Of a DNA stretch of 19,098 nt, positions 1 through 8,256 are shown piece by piece. Source of the stretch: Paramoeba atlantica (Eukaryota; Protista; Discosea); assembly GCA_977017575.1 (NCBI GenBank), contig CDRNVI010000226.1, positions 1 through 19,098 on the forward strand. Reading direction: 5' to 3'. The notes beneath the pieces were generated by a model that did no database searches, was not told the DNA's origin, and saw only the letters and a program-made list of their open reading frames with translations. Each line of letters starts with the position of its first letter. Positions within the stretch are counted from its first letter, which is position 1. The position numbers and the translations under genes are program-made.

Positions 1-628
1 CCTAAACCCTAAACCCTAAACCCTAAACCCTAAACCCTAAACCCTAAACCCTAAACCCTAAACCCTAAACCCTAAACCCTAAACCCTAAACCCTAAACCC
101 TAAACCCTAAACCCTAAACCCTAAACCCTAAACCCTAAACCCTAAACCCTAAACCCTAAACCCTAAACCCTAAACCCTAAACCCTAAACCCTAAACCCTA
201 AACCCTAAACCCTAAACCCTAAACCCTAAACCCTAAACCCTAAACCCTAAACCCTAAACCCTAAACCCTAAACCCTAAACCCTAAACCCTAAACCCTAAA
301 CCCTAAACCCTAAACCCTAAACCCTAAACCCTAAACCCTAAACCCTAAACCCTAAACCCTAAACCCTAAACCCTAAACCCTAAACCCTAAACCCTAAACC
401 CTAAACCCTAAACCCTAAACCCTAAACCCTAAACCCTAAACCCTAAACCCTAAACCCTAAACCCTAAACCCTAAACCCTAAACCCTAAACCCTAAACCCT
501 AAACCCTAAACCCTAAACCCTAAACCCTAAACCCTAAACCCTAAACCCTAAACCCTAAACCCTAAACCCTAAACCCTAAACCCTAAACCCTAAACCCTAA
601 ACCCTAAACCCTAAACCCTAAACCCTAA
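1..628. repeat. Telomeric array (CCCTAAA)n / (TTTAGGG)n, about 90 perfect units, chromosome left end
   Basis: Uninterrupted CCCTAAA heptamers from base 1 to CCCTAA at 623-628. The C-rich strand is at the 5' end, as expected for a chromosome terminus. Confidence 0.98.
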
Positions 629-1183
629 CATAAGAAGTCAAGAAATTATCCAATAATAACAATGACATTTCTCTTTTTTTTAAAAAAACATAATCAAGAA
701 AAAAGAGAGAAAAGAGAGGGAAAAGAGAGGGAAAAGAAAGGGAAAAGAGGAAAGAAAAAGAAAACCAGAAAAGAAGAGTGAACACACAACAAAGCCTTTG
801 AAGAAGAGAAACATGATTCTTTTTTTTAACAAATATATTTACTTGCTGATTACAAAACTCATCTCCCTTCAAAAAAAAAAATCAGTTTGGAACAACAATT
901 AAAAGAAAAGAAAAAGAAAGAGAAAGAGAAAAAAGAAGAAAAGAAAGAAAAGAAAAGAAAACCAAAAAAAACATTGTAAAAACTGTTCAAACTAAGGAAA
1001 CAAAATTTTAAAATTTTATTTGGTGAGAAGAAAGAGAACAAAAAGGACATCAAGAGGAGGGGGTAGGAGAAAACAAAAAGAAAACAGAAACAAAAAAGAA
1101 ATGATCTATCAATTGTCAAATGAATGGAGAGAAAAGACAGTCAAACCAAAAAAAATCAAAACAACCACCTTTTATCATGAAAA
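626..1183. repeat. Subtelomeric duplication A, copy 1 (truncated at the telomere)
   Basis: Colinear with 2052-2595: taacataagaagtcaa vs taacacaagaagtcaa; aaatcagtttggaa in both; ccacctttt..catgaaaa at both ends. Offset about 1.41-1.43 kb. Confidence 0.9.
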
Positions 1184-1526
1184 GGAGGGGGGAACACAAA
1201 AGAAGGAGAATAAAAGAAAACAAAAAGAAAAAAAAACAAACACCAAACACCATGATTTGCAATAATAATAATTGGTAACGGCGAGATATTATCACTTCAA
1301 ACCTTATCAATTAAAACCCCAACAAACACCCACAAAGAGAGAAAGAGAACTCTGGAGAAAGAGAAAAGAGAAAAGATTAGTGTTAAAAGGAATGAGGGGG
1401 AGAGAAGGAGGAAAAAGAGGAAGAAAATAAAAGAAAACAAACCCTTCATATAACAATGTAACAATAATGGTGGATCAATGGTTTCTTTGTGACATACACT
1501 ACTAATATATTGACAAACAATCTCTC

Positions 1527-1719
1527 TTAATATTGAGGCAATTCAACACACAAACACTTTTGCACGCAACAACAACACTCTCCAAGAGCTCTTTGCAACA
1601 CAACAACAAAGTGTATTGCTTGATCATCACCCAAAACCCTTTCAATCAAGACCCACATCTTGAATGTGGGAATAGCAGCAGCAGTAATAAGTGGTTTTAA
1701 AATCCTTATCAATTAAAAC
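1527..1719 (-). pseudogene. Possible degenerate exon (ankyrin-like start) behind an acceptor-like motif
   Basis: Minus strand GTTTTAATTGATAAG|GATTTTAAAACCACTTATTACTGCTGCT. The same 16-mer occurs at 1302-1317. One inserted base would give D-F-K-T-P-L-I-T-A-A, resembling the ankyrin exon start DFHSPLYLA at 17396. Weak. Confidence 0.2.
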
Positions 1720-2051
1720 ACTTCACAAACCCTGATGAGAACTGAAAGAGAAAAGAGAAAGAGAAAAGAGAAAAGAGAAAAGAGAAAGGATTTTATTCAG
1801 TTCGACGGAAGAAATACAAAACAAAACAAAAACAAAACAAAAACAAAAATAAAATCAATGAATTTTATAATAATATATTATCGAGGTGGTGGATCAATCA
1901 AAACAAAAAAAAAAAACAGAGAATTGCTAGTTCAAAAAACAGAAAAAGAGAGAAGAAAGAGAAAGAAAACCAGATGATTGTTTGGGGTTTTTGAAAAATT
2001 ATTGTCGAATATTCGGAACAACACACATTGTGAAACAGCAGCACACTTGCA

Positions 2052-2595
2052 TAACACAAGAAGTCAAAAAATCATCCATCAACAATGATGACATTCTCTC
2101 TTTTAAAAAAAACATAATCAGGAAAAAAGAGAGAAAAGAGAGAAGGAGAGAGGAAAGATAAAAGAAAACCAGAAAAGAAGAGCAAACACACACAACAAAG
2201 CCATTGAAGAAAAGAAATACGATTCTTTTTTTTTAACAAATATATTTATTTCCTGATTACAAAACTCATTCTTTCTTTGAAAAAAAATCAGTTTGGAATG
2301 ACCAATTAAAAGAAAAGAAAAAAGAAAAGAGAAAAAAGAAGAAATGAAAGAAAAGAAAAGAACGGAAAAAAACTTGGTAAAAACTGTTCGAACCAAGGAA
2401 ACAAAATTTCAGAATCTTATTTGGTGAGGAAAAAGAGAACAAAAAGTGCACCAAGAGGAGGGGGCAGGAGGAAACAAAAAGAAAACAGAAACAAAAAAGA
2501 AATGATCCATTGTCGATCAAATGAACAGAGAGAAAAGAGAGAGAAAAGACAGTCAAACCAAAAAAAACAAAATGACCACCTTTTCACATGAAAAA
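2052..2595. repeat. Subtelomeric duplication A, copy 2
   Basis: Direct, diverged copy of 626-1183; A/G-rich on the plus strand. Confidence 0.9.
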
Positions 2596-2814
2596 GCAAT
2601 TCATCATTTATTTTTAGCACTCTAAAATATACATCAGCCTTTTTACTACCTTTCAGCTTTGGAGTAGATGAATTTTTATATTTTATTTTTTATGTTTTTT
2701 TCAATAAAACAAAAATAACAAAAATACTCACAAGAAAATCTGATTCGATATTTTGCTGCCCAAAAATCTTTTATTTTTTGTATTTTTTTATTTTTCGCCT
2801 TGAAAAACATGCTG

Positions 2815-4204
2815 TTGCTTGTTCGGGGGAGATGAAGGGAGTTGTGATCAGGGGGGCAAAGGGAAAAGACTTTTTTTTGCTTCTTTCAAACAATTCTTTT
2901 TTTGTTTTCTTTGTATGTGTAAAAAAAAGAGAAAAAGAGTTGATCTTGATGAGGTGAGAGATCGCTTCAAAGACTACATGCAGAGAGAGGAAGGAAGAAT
3001 TGTGGTGTGGATTGCTCAGAACATTATCCCTCCCCTATGTGATCAGGTTTTTCTTCTTTGTTTCCTCTCAGTGTTTTTTTTTTTTTTTTGGTCCTTTCTC
3101 TCCTCTTTTCCCCCCCTTTTTTTTTGGTTTTTGATTTCTTTTCCTTTTATTTGTGTGTCTTTTATTTGTGTGTCTTTTGTTCACCACCCTAAACTCTTGT
3201 TTGTCACACTTGTTTTCGTCATGTTTATTTTTCCTTTCTTGGATATCATGATGGATGAGGTTTGAGATGTGGTTTCTCTTCATTCTTTTGTTTGTTTTGT
3301 CTTTTTTATTTGTTCTTCTTTCTTTGTTCTTTTGTTCGTTCTTTTCTTTGTCTTTTTGTGTCCTCTTTGCTCTTCCTTTCCCCCCTTTTCCCCCTTCCCT
3401 TTCACTCTCCCTTCCCTAAACTCTTTTCTGTTGCGAACCCCTACCTTGTTCTGTTGTCTTCTATTCATTTTGAAGTCTTTCTCACTGCTTTTTCCTGTCG
3501 AATCTTCCCCGTCGATTCTCCCCTCTTCTGTTTTTCTCTTGTCTCCTTTCTTACCTTTTCCTCAAAAATTTGTTTTCTCACTTTGATTGTTCTTTCTTAT
3601 TTGGAGTGTTTTCCTCTTTTGTGTTTTTCCCTCTCTTTTGTCTTTCGTTGGTACTTTGTGCTCCTTCAACAACAACAACCCTGCTTGCTGTGTTTTGATT
3701 CATTTTTGTTTTTTGCCACATTTGATTTTTTTCTGTTTTCTCTCTTTGAATATTTTCTCTTTTATTCAAAACTATTCTTTCTTTTGTTGTTGTTGTTCCT
3801 TTTATTTGATATAAACCACACCTTCTACTTTTTCGATTTGATCTTTGGATTGACTTTCGTTTATTGTTTTGTTGTTTTTCTGTGGAGATTTCATCAATCC
3901 TGACATTTTCCCTTTCCCCTCCCCCCCAAATCTTCACTTCCCCCTCTTTTCCTTTTCTCTTTTGTTGATATCTCCATCTTTACTCTAATAACCTTATTCT
4001 CTTTCTTCTCTCTTTCTAAACCTTTTTTTCTTTCAATAGAGTGTAGTTGTGGGGCAGAGGAAGTTTTTCTCCTAATTTGTTGTCATTGCAATCTTTTTCT
4101 CTTTCTTTTTTTTCAATCTCTTTTTTGCAATTACTTTTTTCTTTTTTTTTTCATTTTCTTTTCTCTTTCTCTCTTTTAAAGAAATAAAATAGAATGATCA
4201 ATTA
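2815..4204. repeat. Tandem duplication B, copy 1 (about 1.39 kb, T/C-rich on plus)
   Basis: Starts ttgcttgttcggggga and ends taaagaaataaaatagaatgatcaatt; both boundaries recur at 4205 and about 5617. Confidence 0.93.
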
Positions 4205-5617
4205 TTGCTTGTTCGGGGGAGGGTGATGGAGGGAGTCGAAGTTAGGGGGGCAAGGGGAAGAGACTTTTTTTTGCTTCTTTCATCAAACAACTCTTTTTTT
4301 GTTTTCTTTGTGTGTGTAAAAAAAAGAGAAAAAGAGTTGATCTTGATGAGGTGAGAGATTGCTTCAAAAACCACACGCGGAGAGAGAAAGGAAGAATTGT
4401 GGTGTGGATTGCTCAGAACATTATCCCTCCCCTATGTGATCAGGTTTTTCTTCTTTGTTTCCTCTCAGTGTTTTTTTTTTTGTTTTGGTCCTTTCTCTCC
4501 TCTTCTCCCCCCTTTCCTTTTTTTTGGGTTTTTGATTTCTTTTCCTTTTGTTTGTGTGTCTTTTGTTTGTGTGTCTTTTGTTTGCCACCCTAAACCCTTG
4601 TTTGTCACACTTGTTTTCGTCATGTTTATTTTTCCTTTCTTGGGTATCATGATGGATGAGGTTTGAGATGTGGTTTTTCTTCATTCTTTTGTTTGTCTTG
4701 TCTTTTTTATTTGTTCTTCTTTCTTTGTTCTTTTGTTCGTTCTTTTCTTTATCTTTTTGTGTCCTCTTTGCTCTTCCTTTTTTCCTTTTTTCCTCTTTCC
4801 CTTTCCACCTTATTCTGTATTTCAAATCTCTACCTTGTTCTGTTGTCTTCTATTCATTTTGAAGTCTTTTTCACTGCTCTTTCCTGTCGAATCTCTCCTG
4901 TCGATTCTCCCCTCTTTTGTTTTTCTCCTGTCTCCTTTCTTACCTTTTCCTCAAAAATTTATGTTTTCTTTTCACTTTGATTGTTCTTTCTTATTTGGAG
5001 TGTTTTCCTCTTTTGTGCTTTTCCCTCTCTTTTGTCTTTCGTTGGTGCTCCTTCAACAACAACAACCCTGCCTGCTGTGTTTTGATTCATCCTTTTGTTT
5101 TTTGTCACATTTAATTTTTTCTGTGTTTTCTCTCTTTGAATATTTTCTCTTTTGTTCAAAATTCTATTTTTTCTTTCTTTCTTTTATTGTTCCTTTTATT
5201 TGATATAAACCACACTTTCTGCTTTTTTTCAATTTGATCTTTGGATTGACTTTCATTTATTGTTTTGTTGTTTATTTTCTGTGGAAATCTCATCAATCCT
5301 CTGACATTTTCCCTTTCCCCCCCTCCCCCTCCCCCCCCCCAAATCTTCACTTCTCCCCTCTTTCCTTTTCTCTTTCATTGATATCTCCCCATCTTTACTC
5401 TAATAATCTTATTCTCTCTCTTCTCTCTTTTTAAATCTTTTTTTCTTTCAATAGAGTGTAGTTGTGGGGCAGAAGAAGTTTTTCTCCCCAAATTTATTGT
5501 CTTTGCAATCTTTTTCTCTCTCTTTTTTTTCAATCTCTTTTACAAGTACTTTTTTCTTTTTTTTTCATTTTCTTTTCTCTTTCTCTCTTTTAAAGAAATA
5601 AAATAGAATGATCAATT
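4205..5617. repeat. Tandem duplication B, copy 2 (about 1.41 kb)
   Basis: Head-to-tail copy of 2815-4204, including the complex island gttgatcttgatgaggtgagagat...cctatgtgatcagg. Confidence 0.93.
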
Positions 5618-5972
5618 GCTGCTGCTGCTGTATTGTTGTTGTGGTCAGATGTCAACTATCACCCCATCTGCCTCTCCCCAAACAAAAATATCATTGCTTT
5701 TTGGAGTCATTTTTGAGTGCTGCTAAATCAGATTTACTTCTTTTATGGTAATTAGTTGTTGTTGATTAATTATTTATTGTTCTTTGTTTGTTCTTTGTGT
5801 GAAATTCTTATATATGAAAATTATTAATATTTTGGGAATAATTATTTATTGTTAATATTTAATATGTTATTTTTCTGTTGTATTATCAATCTATTTTTAT
5901 TAAGATTTTGCTTTTATATATTTGTTGCTTTCAAATAATATAACACCTCTCTTTGTTTTGGTTTAATTTCTG

Positions 5973-6412
5973 ATTGGTTCTTATTTTTTAATTTTTTATT
6001 TTTTTTTTGGAAGTCAAAATCCAGACTTTTGATCAATTTATTTTTGGGTTCAATTTTTAATTGGTTCATATTTTTTTTTTAATTTTTTTTAGGGAGTCAA
6101 AATCCTTCTGTGATGAGGATTTTGATCAATTTATTTTTGGGTTCAATTCTTCATTGGTTCATATTTTTTTTTTAATTTTTTTGGGGAGTCAAAATCCTTC
6201 TGTGACGAGGATTTTGATCAATTTATTTTTGGGTTCAATTCTTCATTGGTTCATATTTTTTTTAATTTTTTTTTGAGGAGTCAAAATCCTTCTGTGACAA
6301 GAATTTTGATCAATTTATTTTTTATTCAATTCTTAATTGGTTCATATTTTTTTTAATTTTTTTTTGAGGAATCAAAATCCTTCTGTGACAAGACTTTTGA
6401 TCGATTTATTTT
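5973..6412. repeat. About 92-bp tandem satellite, about 5 units, with an internal 10-bp palindromic stem
   Basis: The (g/a)agtcaaaatcc or gaatcaaaatcc motif recurs at 6011, 6094, 6186, 6278 and 6369. TCAAAATCCT-N9-AGGATTTTGA is a perfect inverted repeat in units 2 and 3. Confidence 0.9.
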
Positions 6413-6508
6413 CACATCAGGCTGGCTAAATCCGATGCACCTTGAGTCATGAATTTATCAATCATCCAAATCAACCCTATTTATTCCTTTCAAACCTGCA
6501 AAAAAAAT
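6413..6508 (-). repeat. Inverted repeat, left arm (pairs with 6902-6995)
   Basis: Reverse complement TTTGGATGATTGATAAATTCATGACTCAAGGTGCATCGGATTTAGCCAGCCTG matches plus-strand TTTGGATGATTGATAAATTCACAACTCGAGGTGCATAGTTTAGCCAGCCTG at 6940-6990. Confidence 0.85.
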
Positions 6509-6901
6509 CATGTCCATATCAGTTTTTTTGGTTTTTTTTTTTGATTCACCACTCTTTTTTGTTTTTTTCTTGTGTTTTGAGTTTCAGAAAAGTTGAAAGA
6601 TGAGAGAGAAACAAGATTTGTTCTTTTTTTTTTCAAGTTTTTTTTGTAAGCTTTGTTTTTTTGGTTTGGGAGTCTTCTTGTATCTTCTTGTGTTTTTTTC
6701 TTTCATTTTTTTATCTTTTCAGGAGAAAACAAGGTTTTTGTGTTTTTTGAAATTCTGAAAATGAATTTTTTTTTGTGTTTGGCTAGATTTTGGGTATTTT
6801 GTTTTTTGGAATTCCGAAAAAGAAAGATTGTTTTTCGGAATTCTGATTTTCAAAGGTTTGTCCAAAATTGAGTTGAAACTGTTTATTTGCTAAGGTGGAA
6901 C

Positions 6902-6995
6902 TTTTTTTTTGAGGCCTTGAATGGAAGTGATGGAGTTAGTTTGGATGATTGATAAATTCACAACTCGAGGTGCATAGTTTAGCCAGCCTGGAGTG
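6902..6995 (+). repeat. Inverted repeat, right arm
   Basis: Core about 60 bp strongly similar to the left arm; the outer about 35 bp is more diverged. Confidence 0.85.
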
Positions 6996-7644
6996 ATTGG
7001 TTTATATTTTTTTTTTTTTTTTGGAGAGATCAAAAATCCTTCATTTTTTTTCTTTTTTTTTTCTCATATTATTTTTTTTATTTAAAGGTGAATTATTGAG
7101 TGAACTTTATGGATTTCACTTCTCTTCTTGTTATGTTAAGCTGTTTTGCTTTTTCTTCTATTGTATTAATTGAACCTTGTATTGGTTACTATTATCAAAA
7201 GAAAGAGAAGAATAGATTAAAATCTTTTCTATTGTATTATCTCCTTTTTTTTTATGTCTTTTGTTGACCTTTTTTTTGTTTGAATTTTTTTCTTCTTTCT
7301 TTTTTCTTTCTTTAAATTCTTCTTATTTCTTTTTCAACTTGTTTTCTATTTTTTTTTTTTCTTTTTAATTTTTTTCAATTGTTTTTTTTAAAAAAATAAT
7401 AAATAATTTTTCAAAATAAATTGAATGAATTTATTTTTTCAATTTTTTTAAGAAACCATTTTCTTTCTCTTACAACCATTTATTTTAAATAAAAATCTTT
7501 TCTTTAAAGAAAAATAAAAAAAAAGAAGAAATTTTAAGTTGCAGGAAAACCTAATGTTGCAAAAAGACTTTTAAAAAAAAATATTGATTTAAAGAGAGTA
7601 AAGAGCCTAAACCTATAAAATAATAGGTTGAACTGGGCAAGAGC

Positions 7645-7657
7645 TATAAACCCTAAA
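7645..7657. repeat. Target-site duplication at the retrotransposon 3' side (TATAAACCCTAAA)
   Basis: Identical 13-mer at 14611-14623; lies 2 nt from the T11 tail. Confidence 0.88.
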
Positions 7658-7659
7658 TC

Positions 7660-7699
7660 TTTTTTTTTTTAATTTTAGACATCAGAGATGCCATTTATT
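7660..7699 (-). terminator. Element polyadenylation signal AATAAA (7699-7694) and poly(A) tail A11 (7670-7660)
   Basis: tttatt at 7694-7699 and T11 at 7660-7670, 23 nt apart, downstream of the last stop (7801-7803). Confidence 0.8.
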
Positions 7700-7800
7700 G
7701 AAATGAAGTGTAATCTGGACACCCAAGAATACACTTAAATTAAATTGTTATAATCAAGTAGGATCAACCCACTTCAGTGCCAACTTAGTGGCCAAAAGCT

Positions 7801-8256
7801 CTAATGTTTCTTTCTATTTCTCATTCGAATCTCTTTCAAAATTCTTTTCTTTTCAACAGCCTTAATAGGCCTAATAATCTTCCTTACAATGGAAGGTCTC
7901 ATTGCACTCTTCAACCAACGGTTCCTTGCTTGCTCATACTCCTCTCTCCATTTTCGGTTTTCTTTCTCAACAAAACTTTCTAACATCTCTCCAGGTGCAG
8001 CTCTTTCTGGAAACCACTTAACAATATCATCTGAAATGAACACAGGAGAAATCATTGCCCCATCCAGTGCAGCTTGTACTGGGAAGTAAACATTATTAGT
8101 TGTAATCACCTTGTCCTTAAACCTCCTCTTAAACTGAGCTTTCTTCACAGGGAAGCTCCAATCCAAATCCAACGGTTCCATCACCCACTTCCACAGTTTG
8201 GAATTCTCAATAATCCATTCCTCACTGGTTGTTGCTAGTTGTTTCGATCTTGGATC
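7801..8256 (-). CDS. ORF2 frame, C-terminal segment after an in-frame TGA: 151 aa, Trp-containing, basic tail, unknown domain
   Basis: Same frame as RT-RNase H. After TGA (8259-8257) it reads DPRSKQLATTSEEWIIENSKLWKWVMEPLDLDW...KKRILKEIRMRNRKKH-stop. Confidence 0.6.
   Translation of the reverse strand, partial: DPRSKQLATTSEEWIIENSKLWKWVMEPLDLDWSFPVKKAQFKRRFKDKVITTNNVYFPVQAALDGAMISPVFISDDIVKWFPERAAPGEMLESFVEKENRKWREEYEQARNRWLKSAMRPSIVRKIIRPIKAVEKKRILKEIRMRNRKKH

Noticed and set aside
618-5434. Numerous 60-213 aa F/L/S-rich or K/R/E-rich ORFs in the track
   Set aside because: They are translations of T-rich or A-rich low-complexity sequence with no domain motifs.
626-5617. Repeats A and B as arms of one large inverted repeat
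   Set aside because: They have opposite skew, but no matching complex words were found on reverse complementation by eye.
5973-6412. CRISPR array
   Set aside because: The inter-palindrome segments are near-identical rather than unique spacers; the context is a eukaryotic subtelomere with no cas genes.
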